DNA of 62,939 bases, filler included, from Folioceros fuciformis (Eukaryota): assembly GCA_049999805.1 (NCBI GenBank). It is 15 parts of 15 records of this genome, joined end to end, with 100 filler letters (N's around TTAATTAATTAA, not from the genome) between each part and the next. Parts side by side here need not be neighbours in the genome. Positions count along the whole stretch, not along the records: positions 23,258 to 30,349 come from JBNGIO010000453.1; positions 30,450 to 33,372 come from JBNGIO010000455.1; positions 33,473 to 36,948 come from JBNGIO010000456.1; 12 more parts are not named here. The stretch is one strand, 5' to 3'. Position numbers and translations under genes: made by a program. Shown here in pieces: positions 23,258 to 36,320 of this stretch. The first letter of the stretch is position 1, and each line of letters starts with the position of its first letter. Under the pieces are notes generated by a model. That model ran no database searches and was not told the origin of the DNA. It saw nothing but the letters and a program-made list of their open reading frames with translations.

Positions 23258-26070
23258 AAGTTGAAGAACTTAGTTGATCAAATGCAAGCTGCTGACATCA
23301 AACCTTCTGAAGGAAGGATTATTATGGTGTTATTAAAAAGTTTACCATCTGCGTACGGGCAATTGGTGGTGTCTTTTAGGACAGCAGTCGCACTGCATTC
23401 AAGTAATAAACAGGCGACAATAGAAGAGTTGGTTGGGTTGCTTCTACAAAAGGAGCTAGTGCATTCATTAAAGGGTGAACACAAAGGTGACTCGGTACTT
23501 TTTTCAAAGAAAGGAAAGTCACAAGGGAAGACCCGATAAGACAACTCCAATGAAGATCAAAGGAGAAAGTCACAAAGAAAAAGACTTGGGGTACTAGTCA
23601 TTACTGTAAAAAGCCTAATCATTATGCAAAAGACTGTAGGACAAGATTGGCTGATTTGAAAAAGGGAAAACAACCACAAGCCAATCAAGTAAGTGAGTGG
23701 GAAGAAAATCTTTTTTCTACTTCAACAATAGAGACAGGGGGAGATCGCTCATCAAAGAAGGATGAGAGTCTATATCTAGACTTTAGAGCATCTCAACATT
23801 TTACCTATAACCGACCCTAGATCTCAAGCTACAAGAAAATGTCAACAGGGCATAAGGTGGCGCTTGGTGATAATACATCATACGAGATCCCAGAGAAAGG
23901 TGTCATAAAGTTGAAACTACCTGGAAAATAATCCAAAGGTACAATAAAGGATGTACACCTTGTACCTAGTCTTGCTAAAAATCTTCTTTTTGTAGCTAAA
24001 ATTATAGACCCTAGTAATCAGATTGTGTTCAACTCAAAAGGATGTCGCATCCAGCCCGAGCAACGGGAATCACCTAATGTTAAGGTGATAGCCATAGGTA
24101 TTCGGCATGTCAATCTCTACAAGTTGTGTGCTTCTGTAGGAGATGATGAAGCTTATACAACTGCGTCAAGTTCACCTCCCAACCAAGGATCTCTAAGTCT
24201 ATGGTATCAACGTATGGGCCATACAAATATAGATACCCTTAAATTGATGCATTCCCAGAGTTTGGTTAAGGGTTTAAGTTTGGACGTTAAAGACACAGGT
24301 AATAATCAAACCATGTCAAGGTTGTATCATGAGCAAGCTTCACCGCTCTAATTTCCCTAAAATCGGGGCTCGTCGAGCTAGTAAGAAGCTAGAGCTTGTA
24401 CCCACCGATGTATGGACCTATTAAGAATCCTACTCATCGTGGATCACACTATATTCTAGTCTTTGTGGATGACTTCACAAGGAGGAGTTGGACTTATCTT
24501 TTGAAGAAGAAGTCCGAGGTTTTCAACACATTTAAGACATAGAAGGTCTTGGTAGAAAAGGAGAGTGCAGAATGCTTAAAGACTTTGAGAAGTGACAATG
24601 GAGGGGAGTACATCTCTTCTCAATTTAAAAGCTTCTACAAGGAGTGTGGAATTTGAAGACAACTCACAATTCCTTATATGCCACAACAAAATGGAGTAGC
24701 AAAGTGCAAGCTTAGAAGTCTGGTGGAATCAGCAAAGTGTATGCTCCATCACAGCACATTGGAAGTACGATTTTGGGGAGAAGCTATTGTTACAGCCACT
24801 TACATTTTGAACATAGTTCCAACTTAGGCTGTGCTTGGAATGACACCGGAAGAGGCATGGTTTGGCATCAAATCTACTATTAGTCACTTTAGGATTTTTG
24901 GTTCTGTGGTTTATGCTCATGTTCCAAAGGAAAATCGAACCAAATGGGATTATAAAGGCATGCAATGCATCACGCTTGGATACTCTGATGAGGTAAAGGG
25001 GTATCGTTTATATAACCCTTTTACGAAGAAAATCATCTTTAGTAGAGATGTTGTCTTTGATGAAGTAGTAGATCCTCCCAAAACAGTTGGAGAAACTCTT
25101 GTAGTTATCACGGAGTATAAGGAGGTAAGTGAGACACCTCTAGATACATCATCTGATTCTTCTCCTCATGTAGATCAGACTCCTGATCTTGAGGGTAGAT
25201 CCCTTTCTAATAATGTAGGGGATATACGCAGTGTTGTAGACACTGAAACAAAATATGATCCAACCAATCCAGAGGAGCCTACGCCAGATCTTAGGAGACC
25301 ATTAAGGAGTAGGAAACCTTCAAGGAAGCTTTTGGACTTAATGAATGCATGTGACACAGAAATGACTTTGTTAGTGGATGCTAATGAGCCACAATCCTTG
25401 AAGGAAGCATTAGAAGGACCAAAGGCTGAGTGGAGAGCAACTCTAGATAGTGAATATAATTCACTTATCAAGAATAAGACTTGGAAAATCACTTCTCTTC
25501 CTCCAGGAAGAAAGTGCATAAGGTCAAAATGAGTATTCAAGATCAAACATAACGCTGATGGAAGCATTGAGCAAGGCAAGAATGGTAGGAAAAGGATATA
25601 CACAAGTGCCAGGTGTTGATTAAATAGACACTTTCTCTCCCATTGCTAAGATAACATCTATCCGGGTACTCTTAGCAATAGCGGCAACCATGGATCTGGA
25701 GATTCATCACATGGATGTTCAAACAACATTTCTTTATGGAGATTTGGAAGAAGAAATCTATATGAACCAACCAGAAGGGTATGAGGTACCAGGTCGTGAA
25801 GATGAAGTATGTAAATTGCAAAAGGCAATCTATGGCCTCAAGCAATCAGCACTTACCTAGTATGTAAGAATTGATAAGTTCTTCTTAGCAATAGGTTTTA
25901 AGAAAACCAATGGAGATTGAAAAATCTATGCAAAAAGAGAAGGAAAGTCCATGATATCATTGCCGTTTATGTTGATATTTTTATTTTAGTTTGCAACAAT
26001 TTAGAACTCTTAAAGCGTACAAAGAAGAGTTTAAATAACAGTTTTGACATGAGAGATGTGTGCACACATT
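23258..26070 (+). mobile_element. Ty1/copia gag-pol, heavily decayed
   Basis: LLKSLPSAY gag, HYCKKPNHYAKDC knuckle, LWYQRMGH, LRSDNGGEY, QQNGVA, FGSVVYAHVPK, GYRLY, EYNSLIKNKTW and IYGLKQ. Many stops. Confidence 0.92.
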
Positions 26071-26299
26071 ATTTGGCTCAGAAGTAGGAAGCCTACTTCT
26101 AAGCTTCCTACTTCTAAGCCAAATCATTGACGACACACTCAAAGGTGTTGGGACCTATGATATTCCTAGAAGCTTGTATAATTTAACTGTTGAGTTTCCC
26201 GAGACTTGATAAGAAAACTAGAGGAGGTGAAATAGTTTAGTAAGGTAACATGGTTGCTGCATAAAATAGAAAAAAGAAAACTAAATGCAATTTGAGGTT

Positions 26300-27030
26300 C
26301 ACCAATTTGTGAGAGGTCCATGATATAAGCCAACCTTCATCCATTACTTCATCTACAAACCTATCACCAAACTCAAGAGCTCCCATAGGAATGCCCAAAA
26401 CTCGAAGTATCTCCAAGGACGTGATATCCCCCCATTATGAAGGGTGGGGGGAGTGATGCCTGAAAGAAAACAAACCCTTCATTTAGACAACTTAACCCTC
26501 ACCCCCACCTTGAAGAGCTCCAACGAAAAGAAATCAAATGTTGCTATGACTATGATTTTGGCCCAAGACTATGAGTGTCATTAGCTACAAATGGGCAAAG
26601 ACATTCATGAAATGCCAAGGTAGTAGAAGACAACACTTGGAAATGCGTCATTGCAAAACGAGCACCCCTTAGTGGATCCCCTTGCCTTGTGCCTTTTCTG
26701 AATAAAAAACTGAGACCCCCTCAACAGTCAGGTTGTGTTGGTAGTAAAGCTTGGATGGCAAGCCATAGAAGGAGCAAACAAAAGGAACGAGACAATCCAA
26801 TTTTTGACCTCACGCACTCTTAAGCCCCGAGAAGAACTAGTAAGTCTACTAGCCACCAAAACCCGGAAAAATTAGGAAAATTGCCCCTAGCCATAGTACT
26901 GGCTACTGTGAAAAGCTCTAAACGCCATTTAAAGACCATGCCAGACAAACCCTTGAAGAAAGCCATGGTACGATAGAGAGTTGCATCATAGAAAACAACC
27001 CTAGTGAACATATCTAAACCATACATTCAA
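26300..27030 (-). mobile_element. Non-LTR retrotransposon RT fragment (CRE-like)
   Basis: Minus strand reads GTRQGDPLRGARFAMTHF (26640-26693), then CPFVANDTHSLGP (decayed ADD motif), then LRVLGIPMG (~26385-26410). Confidence 0.75.
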
Positions 27031-27612
27031 GAAAAAAGTATTTTCTACCTTGATACTGACCAATAAGTCACATGATGAGATACGAGTCTTGCTTACACTA
27101 AATAATAGAAAATACAGACTTAATTAGAATTAAATTGAATATGAATAAGTATTTATATAATAAAATAATATTAATTTGTGGTTTTAAATATGTCTAGATA
27201 ATATTTATTATTAAAATTTATAAAATAATAAATGCATGTGACGCTTTTCAAGGTTAGAAAGCTTGTTGGTCTTGCTCTACGTTTTGTTGCTCTTTGGACA
27301 GGGTTCTTGTCGATACAAGGATATTCTTTCAGATATTTTTTGGCTCTATTGTTGATAATTGAGACACCTACCTTATTACATACATTTCACCCCGATAAGG
27401 GCACCCGAGGCAAGGGTTTAAGAAGTGTACAGCGGGAGGATGCCGGGAGAGGGAGAGCGACTTCCCGGCATCGGACCGGCTCTCTTTACAATCCTCATCG
27501 TTTGACTGAGGTATGAAGACCTAGAGGAATAGGTGAAAAGCTTACGAATTTGAATCAGAAATCGGAGTCACCACAGGCATTGCAGCTCCGCTGGTTTTCT
27601 CCGCAGGGGGTG

Positions 27613-29637
27613 ATGGCGTCGCTGGATGACATGCTGCTGGAAGCAGCTGGCAGGACCAAGGCAAGCAGTGAGAAGAATTCCCAGAGCAAGAAGTCCCGGC
27701 CCCCTGTCCACCATGACTCCAGCTCTGACGACCACAGCGACAACGATGCCGACGACGACGCCTATGACGGCTCGGTTGGGAAGGGCAAGGGCTCCCGGAT
27801 GCCATTGAAGAAACGATTCGATGCTGCAGACAAGGAGGAGGAAGCGGAAAGGGATGGCTACGACAGCGAGCTCTCGTACGGCAGTGACCTGTACAAAAAC
27901 GAGGAGGACAGGGCCAAGTTGATGGCCATGAGCGAGCTGGAGAGGGAAATGATTCTGCATGACAGAGCTGAGCAGAGGGAGAATTTTCTCATTAGGAGGC
28001 GAGGTAAGAGGCACGTCGAGACTCCCACGAAGCCTAGGGATAGGGATCAGGGGCCCCCTTCGTCTCGTATGCGCTCCTCTGTGAGAGAGTCTACGCGGAG
28101 TGTAAAGGAAAACGCACTGCACGAGTTGGTGGCAAGGAGGCAGAAAGCTCAGGATCCGGACTTGCAGAGGAGAAGGCGAGATAGTGCAGTAGGTTCAGCT
28201 CCCAGGGATAGACGGTCCTCGTCGCCCCGAAGAAATCTTGGTGCTCCTTCGGAGTCTGATAGTGATGACGATGACAGCATCAGCAGGTGTGAAATTGGTT
28301 TGTCTTTCTGTCTTGCATACACAGTAGGTTGTAAGTGTTTTGTTCTTCAGTCTTGTGTCGTGAAGTACCGTGCTTTGTTATGATTCGAGAGGCAAGTCTT
28401 GTCCCCTGTTTGAAAATTGACGGGGATGGGATTTGCGTTGTTCTTGTGTAGGGGAGATGATGAAGCTAGTGGAGGGGAGGAGGAAGATGCAGGTATCAAC
28501 GAGATGCCTGAGGCGGAGTACGACGACATCAAGAGCATCACGGTTCCCAGGAGAAAGCTTTTGAAATGGTTTACCGAGCCATTTTTTGAAGAGCTTATAG
28601 TTGGCTGCTTTGTGAGGATAGGAATCGGGGTGTCCAGCTCTGGGAGCAGCATCTATCGGGTCTGCTTGGTGAAGAACGTGGATGCTAAGGATCCAGATAA
28701 GGTTTACAAGTTTGAGAATCGCCCCACGTTCAAGTACTTGAACTGCATCTGGGGGGATGAACAATCAGCAGCACGTTGGCAGATGATCAGAGTTTCTGAG
28801 CAGGCGCCCACCGAAGCTGAGGTGAAGGAGGCAGTGAGAGAATGGAAAAAGCACGGAGGTCGCCCTTTTACGAAACAAGAATGTATGGAAAAGAGGGATG
28901 CAATTTCCAAATTGCAGAACCATATCTATACAGCAGGGGATGTGAAGAAAATGTTGCAGGAGAAGAAGATGACCTCTCGTAGGCCTACAAATTTTGCGCT
29001 GGAGAAGGACAGAGTGTTGAAGGAGTTGGGATTGGCAGAAGAGAAGCCAGAGAAGGAAAAGGATCACTCAGAGATTGAGCGGCTTCAGAAAAAGCTGAAA
29101 GATTTGGAGCAGCTCTCAGTGCAAGTGAAGACCAAGGATGCAAAAGCCCTTGCCCTGGCTGAGATGAATCGACGGAATAGGTTTGAAAACTTTAAGAATG
29201 CTTCGGAGCTCAAACCGACAAACGTTGATGCCAAGGCAGGTGAGGCAGGGTATGATCCCTTCTCAAGGCGCTGGACCAGGTCTCAGAACTACTACCAGAA
29301 AGCACCGGTGAAAGAAACTAAGGTAGAAGACGAGGCGGCTGCTGTCGACAAAGTCACAGAGGGTCAGCCACTAGCTACCGCGACTAAGAAGCTAGTCAAC
29401 AGGGGGGTCCCTCTGGATGGATCGACGCAGCTCTACGCCCTTCATGATTTCGATCTACAAATTTCGCTGGTTGGGCTCCAGCAGTACAGTGGAGGACAGG
29501 GGGCTCATCATGCATTCATGGCTCGTCGGAGAAAGCTGGAAGCTGCTTACAGCCCGATCATAGACAACAATGAGGGGCGGAGGCACACTTCAACTCTGAC
29601 TGTGCATGATTACAAGCGTCGGAGAGGTTTGTTGTAA
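27613..29637 (+). CDS. VIP5: RTF1 homolog (PAF1 complex, Plus3 domain), 2 coding exons
   Basis: MASLDDMLLEAAGRT, YGSDLYKNEEDRAKLMAMSELEREMIL, Plus3 KWFTEPFFEELIVGCFVRIGIG, EAGYDPFSRRWTRSQNYY and C-terminal TLTVHDYKRRRGLL. Intron 28287-28451. Confidence 0.94.
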
Positions 29638-29722
29638 GTCCGTGTTGTAACGGACCGATTTGTTTTGTACATTATGAGAAATGAGTTCCATACTTCTGAA
29701 CGGGAAAATGTGGAATACAATC

Positions 29723-30349
29723 TCAGGCGGCAACCCGTTTGTTTTGTTCGAAGAGAGTAGCAAATAACTCCTCAGCCACAGGAGGTAACGTCATTGGCTC
29801 TGGGACACAGAAGTTAACTATCGGATCCAAGACGTTGTATCTGCAATACGCATGTTCCACCTCATCGGACATCAGCAAGCTAATACAACCAGCCTTGACC
29901 ACAAACAACGGAGACAGGAAACACGTACCGAATCTTCCGCCCTTTGGACGCTCGTCTATCAACCAATTTTCTCCTCTTGCTTCGAAATTTCCTTAGGACG
30001 GAAGGATCCATGTCACCTGCACTCAACCCAAGATTCCATAACTTCTCCATACAACTACAGATTTTGCAGTTAAGAAAAATTCTTCAACCGTTCTAACTGA
30101 GAAAACATACAACATCAGGAACATCGAAGACGCACCGACGCCATGTGCTGAAGATTCCAAAAATTCTTGTAGCAGTTGTTGATAAAACTCTGAATCATCG
30201 AATGATTCTGGGTCACCATCATCGCCCTGTGACATGTCAAAAATGACCAGATTAGAAAACCGACATATGGGGGCCAAACGACCAGCATGAAACAAAGATA
30301 ATAAGAATCAGACAAAGAGCCCTTGCTTCTCACCTCCTCAGCAGACAAA
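29723..30349 (-). CDS. AATF: AATF/Bfr2 C-terminal (TRAUB) exons, 5' part beyond contig edge
   Basis: DPESFDDSEFYQQLLQEFLE, KLVDRRASKGRKIR|YNVLDPIVNF..P..LFATLF. GT-AG introns 30135-30017 and 29928-29841. Confidence 0.88.
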
Positions 30350-30449
30350 NNNNNNNNNNNNNNNNNNNNNNNNNNNNNNNNNNNNNNNNNNNNTTAATTA
30401 ATTAANNNNNNNNNNNNNNNNNNNNNNNNNNNNNNNNNNNNNNNNNNNN

Positions 30450-33150
30450 AAATTCTTTACCAGCTTGGATTTTTGCTCAGGCTTCAACCAAATTGTGATT
30501 GAAGAGCAAGATAAGTGCAAGACAACCTTCTTGGGGAAGGACCAGTTTTGGGAGTGGGAGATGATGTCGTTTGAGCTGAAGAATGGTTCCATATATTTCC
30601 AGAGAATTGGGCTGCCATTTGTGCGTTGTTACATAGCTGACATCCTGGTTTTCAGTAACACAATTTAAGAGCATATGGATCATCTGGAGATATTGTTATA
30701 GAGGTTGCATAGCTCAGGTTTGAAAGCTCATCTTAAGAAATGCAAGTTTGCTTTCCAGCAAATCGATTATCTAGGGCATGAGATAGTGCCAGAAGGCATT
30801 ATGCCACAGCTGGCTAAGGTGCAGGTGGTGATGCAGATGCCTAGGCCAAAGGATGTAGCTGCTCTCAAAGCATTCTTGGGGTTGGTGAACTATTACAGGA
30901 GGTTTATGAAGGACCTCAATTCCATGTGTAAACCTCTGTATGAGCTGTTGAAGAAGGACGTTGCATGGAAATGGGACCAAGACCAGGAGTTGGCTTGGCA
31001 GGATCTGCGGGATCAGTTGGCAGGGAAGCCTATGTTGGCTAGGCCAGACTTTGATCTTCCTTTCACTCTGTACACAGATAGGAGCACTACGGGAATTGGA
31101 CCGGTGTTGTCACAGCATGGTACAGATGGTGTTGAACGAGTTATGGCTTATGCAAGCTAGTCTAACAACTCTGCTGAAGTGAACTACTCCTCATATGAGG
31201 GAGAGTGTTTTGCTGCTATGTGGACAGTTATACATTTTAGGGTTTATCTGTGTGGAAGGCGTTTTCAATTGGTCACAGATTACCAGCCATTACACTGGCT
31301 AATGACCAATATGAAATTAAGTGGTAAGATAGCCAGCTGGGTGCTGCTACTATTTGAGTACAATATGGAGGTCGTGCACAAGGCAGGCAAGGTGCATCAC
31401 AATGCAGATGAGCTAGGCAGAAATCCACTAGAGAGTGACAATGATGTCACAGGAGCTCGATAAGATGAGGGGCACATAGATGGTGCACCTAGCAGCTTCA
31501 TGGCACTCATAGCCAGGACTGATGAGCATGAAGAAGGACCTGTATTGACAGAGTCTGTCAGGGATGTGTGGACACATCCTCAAGCCCTACAACTATTGAA
31601 GGAAGGCACAGTGCCTGGAATCATTGAAGCAGGCTTGGCTAAGCTCAGGAGGTGCATGGCCAGATACTCATGGAGAAATGGTGAGTTGCTGCTATCAGAG
31701 GGAGAGCTCATGAAGAAAGTTCCAAGCCTTGAGGAAAGGGTTGGGATAGTGACCAAGGTGCATGAACCCTTGGCCACTTTGGTGTGAAGAGGACACACCA
31801 CATGCTGAAGAATACATATTTCTGGTTAGGGATGTATGCAGATGTTGAGAGGGTGGTGGCTAAGTGTGCTGTATGTGACGCAGTCAAAGCCAAATTTAAC
31901 ACCCAAGATGTGGTGTTGCACTCCCTTCCAATCAGAGGACTATTTTTTAGATGGTCGGTTGATCTTATGCCAGAGCTTCCTTTCACGAAGCAAGGTAAAT
32001 GGTCATGATTGACCACTTCTCTAAGTGGGTTGAGGTGGCCTTCTTGCCACAGAGAACTTCGCATTACACCAATAGAGCCTTTCTGCATTGTGTGCTCAGC
32101 AGATTTGGGAGCTGCGTAGAGGTGCTCACAGACCAAGGTAATGAGTTTTGAGGTGAATTCCATACCTTGTTGGATAGGAGTCTCATCGATCACAGGAGGA
32201 CATCGAGGGATCACCCACAGGACGATGGCTTGGCAAAGAGGCGAGTGCAGACCTTCAAGGATGCACTAAGTAAATACTGCATCATTGTGGAGCCCAAGTG
32301 TTGAAATGAATTGCTCCTTACATCGTGTTGGGGTACAGGGTCAGTGTGCAAGCAACTCTTGGGAGTTTCAATCCATATTTCTCGTTATTTGGACGCAACG
32401 CAGTGTTGCCAAATGTGGTGAAGGACACTTGCTCCATCCCTGTTGATTGGAGCAAAGATGCAAATGTGTGCTTGGCACAGGTTCAAGCCAGAGTAAAGGT
32501 GTTTCAAAGGATACTTCCTATGACTATGGATAATTTGGCTCTGGCCCAACATCGGGACCAGCTGAGGTATGCTTACACGCGGGGGGGCTCGTGGAAGCCC
32601 AAAGCTCACAAGTTTGCGCCTGGAGATTATGTGTATTTGCTGCACAGGCATGCAAGCATGCTGGATGTCAGCACAGGGAGGCTTATCTTGAGAGTTCTGC
32701 AAGTTGGTGAGCAAGGTGTGGTTGAACTTGAAGGAAGCGATGGCAGAAGGTGCAAGGAGCACATGAAGCACTTGGCTCCATGCCATTTGCCTAACTTGAA
32801 CACACGAACTGTGCCTCAGGCCTAGACGCACTAGCATATATTTGCCTTGTGAGGAGTGTGGGCACACAACTGACAAAGAGTTCATGTTGTTATGTGATAA
32901 TTGTAACTGTGGTTACCATTTGTTTGTCTCAAACCAGCACTGGACAATGTTGCAGAAGGAGAATGGGTGTGTGAGCATTGTAACGTGCTAAGTGTGAACA
33001 TGGCTCTTGCAAAAGATGGTAATGATGTTGTGTTCAATCCACATGTGGTGGAAGCTGAAGCAGAAGTGTCCAGCTTCAAGCCAAAATCGCACAATGGGAT
33101 GCTACATATGCTCGAGGGCAGCCAGACTTTGAGCGTGAACAAATAGAGCG
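30450..33150 (+). mobile_element. Ty3/gypsy pol (RT-RNase H-integrase) with C-terminal PHD finger, decayed
   Basis: LDFCSGFNQI, YIADILVFS, FLGLVNYYRRF, NYSSYEGEC, VTDYQPL, integrase TDQGNEF/DHPQDDGLA and FAPGDYVYL. C4HC3 PHD at 32848-32981. Confidence 0.92.
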
Positions 33151-33472
33151 AGAAGCCAGTACTTTACGAAGGCAAGAGATTGTGAGAAGGAGAATTGCAG
33201 AGTTACATTAGAATGTCAAGCCCAATAAGGGTTCATTCTGGGAATTCCTCATGATGTGTTTCTGAATGCTGTTGCAGCTGTTTCGAGTTGGATACAGAGT
33301 GCCATAGGCAGGTCGGCCTCACGCGTGCGAGGAAGAAGGTGTAAAAGCCCTGCCCTACCCACAATTGCTGAANNNNNNNNNNNNNNNNNNNNNNNNNNNN
33401 NNNNNNNNNNNNNNNNTTAATTAATTAANNNNNNNNNNNNNNNNNNNNNNNNNNNNNNNNNNNNNNNNNNNN

Positions 33473-35876
33473 GAGGGGGATCAAGAACGAACTGCCAGGA
33501 TAACTTCCGGAGCAGGGAGGGCCAGGGGGACGGTTTTGGAGCCGACGCTGGAGTACAACCAGTACAATTTGCCGTACAAGGTGAAGAAGACGGCCAAGGT
33601 GGCGATGGAGGCCATGTTGCGGGGGATTGAGAAGCTGACCGAGGACGAGGAAAAGCACAATGTGGCTGCATGGCACAACGCAAAGCGTCCGTAAGCTTTT
33701 GTGCTGTCGGCGATTGCGGGTAGGGAATCTGGGGTGGGGTTTGTTTGTGTGTCTGAGCATCTGGTGGGCTGCGCAGGGAAGAACGGTTGCGATTCTGGTC
33801 GGAACCTGATACGGAGCTGCAGCTGGCTCAGGGGACGAACGTGAGTGTGTTTCGGCTGGGTATCGATTGGAGCAGGATTGTGCCTGAAGAGCCCATCAAT
33901 GGGATGCAGAAAGCTGTACGATGTGCTCCATCTTTCCGCGCAGCAGCTGTGTTGAGAGTCCTCTGCCGTCTGCTTGCTAAGTTTGGGTGAACATCCTGGC
34001 AGGTGAACTGGTACGCAGTGAAGCGGTACCGGTGGATCTTGCAAAGGGTGCAAGAGCATGGTATGCGGATCATGCTGACCTTGTTTCATCACTCTCTGCC
34101 CACCTGGGCAGCAGCATATGGTGGTTGGAAGGAGAGGAAGACTGTCGACTATTTCGTGGAGTTTGCGAGGCAAGAGACATTCTGGGATTGCACAGCTGTC
34201 TCCCAAAGCTTGCTTGCAGCTGTTTCTGCTCTAATTGGGTCTTGACATCCCTGCTTACTCCTGCAGGTTGGCAGTGGAGAGATTTGGAGATCTGGTTGAC
34301 TACTGGGTCACCTTCAATGAACCTCACGTCTTTGCGATGCTCACATATTGCGCTGGAGCATGGCCAGGAGGTGATCCTAACCTGCTGGAAGTGGCAACCA
34401 GTATAATGCCTCGTGGTGTGTTCAAGTCGGCTATGGCTTACATGGCTGAAGCACATAACAGAGCCTATGACATCATTCACGGTTTTGGGTCATTACCTGT
34501 CTTTTCATCTCGCTTCGCTTGTGTGTTCTGCTGAGCTTGTTTGCTTCGACAGAAGCTCTCTCCCTCTTACTGAGAAGTTCTATCTGGACATCTTGGCAGC
34601 CACCAACACTCGAAAAGGGCCAAAGTTGGTGTTTCACATCACGTCTCTTTCATGAGGCCATATGGGCTATTCGATGTACCTGCGGTGGTTCTGAGCAACT
34701 GGATGACTCGCTACGCTTATGTGGACGACATAGCAGACAAACTGGATTACCTTGGGATAAATTACTACGGACAGGTACTCCCCACAAGCTTTCCTGTCAA
34801 GGCAAATCGTATGCCTGTTCCAGGGCAGTGTCTTGCGGCGTAGCATGACAATGTTGGGTTTGTCTACAGGAAGTTATATCGGCACCTGGATTGAAACTTG
34901 TGGAGACTGAGGAGTTCAGCGAGTCAGGCCGAGGTGTATACCCCGATGGGTTGTACAGACTCCTCATGCTCTTCTACCACCGGTACAAAAAGTATGGCTT
35001 CTCGTATATCATAACCGAGAATGGGGTCTCGGACGCAACTGATTACATCCGCCGGCCTTATCTCGTGGAGCACCTTCTCGCAGTCCGTGCTGCCATGGAT
35101 CAGGTATCTCGCAGAGTTTTTGGCAGCCCAGAACGTGCTCTGGACAGTGTTTACGGCTGCGACTCACTGTTGGGATTCTTCAGGGTGTACCTGTCCAGGG
35201 TTACTGTTTCTGGACAACGTCAGACAACTGGGAGTGGGCTGATGGATATGGTCCCAAGTTCGGACTGGCGGCAGTCGACCGAGAGAACGACTTGAAGAGG
35301 ATATTGCGTCCATCTTATCACCTTTTCTCGGAGGTATCATCACGCCGTTAAGCACACTCAGTCCTTACAGAGGTGGTCCAGTATCTGCGCTGCTGCTAGC
35401 TAATCACTCAAACTGCTGTCCTACAGATCGTCAAGACGGGTAAGGTGACAAGACGGCAACGACAGACAGCATGGAGAGAACTCATGGAAGCGGCTCGTCA
35501 GGGCAAGACACGTCCTTTCTGTCGAGCTGTGGACAAAAACGGTCTCATGTATGCTGGTAAGAACTCACTGAAGCTCCATGTTCCCAGATTTGGGAGGTGA
35601 CTTGACTGACTCTGACCTCAAGCCGTGGTTTCAGGTGGCTTGGATGAGCCAATCCAAAGACAGTTCGCCGAAAGGGACTGGCGTTTCAGCCATTACGAGG
35701 TGGAGGGACTTCAGGATCCCCTCAGCTGTCTCCTCAGGTCCCTGTCAAGCGTGCTCCTTCTACGTCAGGGTAGCAAGAAGAAGAAGCAGCAGGAGGAACC
35801 ACTAGCCCCAGCCCAAGTCTTCTCAACCAGTCTCCCGAGCTTCCCTGAAAAGCAAGCAGCCACAACTGCAGCTTGA
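33473..35876 (+). CDS. SFR2: Galactolipid:galactolipid galactosyltransferase SFR2 (GH1), 5' truncated, 9 exons seen
   Basis: AMEAMLRG, HNVAAWHN..EERLRFWSEPDTEL, FRLGIDWSRI, catalytic TFNEP and ITENG motifs, WTTSDNWEWADGYGPKFGL, GLMYAGGLDEPIQR..DWRFSHYEVEGLQDPLS. Confidence 0.94.
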
Positions 35877-35996
35877 TGCGGTGTCCATCAGAAAATTCTC
35901 TTGTTTTTGTGTACAATCGGAGGACGCGCATTCCATTCAGAGGCTTTAGTCCAGTGTAGATAAGAGGTGGATGGTGAGGATCTAATTGGTCCATGG

Positions 35997-36069
35997 AAAT
36001 GACATGCATAACTGTTGTAAATGACATACACAACTGTTGTAAATGACATACACAACTGTTGTAAATGAC
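35997..36069. repeat. 22-bp tandem repeat, ~3.3 copies, between SFR2 and the CBS gene
   Basis: AAATGACATACACAACTGTTGT units at 35997, 36019 and 36041. Confidence 0.9.
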
Positions 36070-36320
36070 GGGCATTCCCGATCGCATCGAGAACCGGAGA
36101 ATCTGATTGCAACGAGATGTACCTCAAAACGGTCCCATCCGAAGGAGAAGCCAGCATCTGCAACACATCTTGAACTAATCGTGCCACGTGAGCGACAATG
36201 CCACTTGTCCCTGCTGCCGAGGTGCCGCGTATAGTTGCACGGATTGTCACAAGTCGCAAGCTTTAAAGCGGGGAGCTCAAACTGCCGTGGGAGAGTGGAA
36301 CAGTTGAGCTTGGGAGGGTG

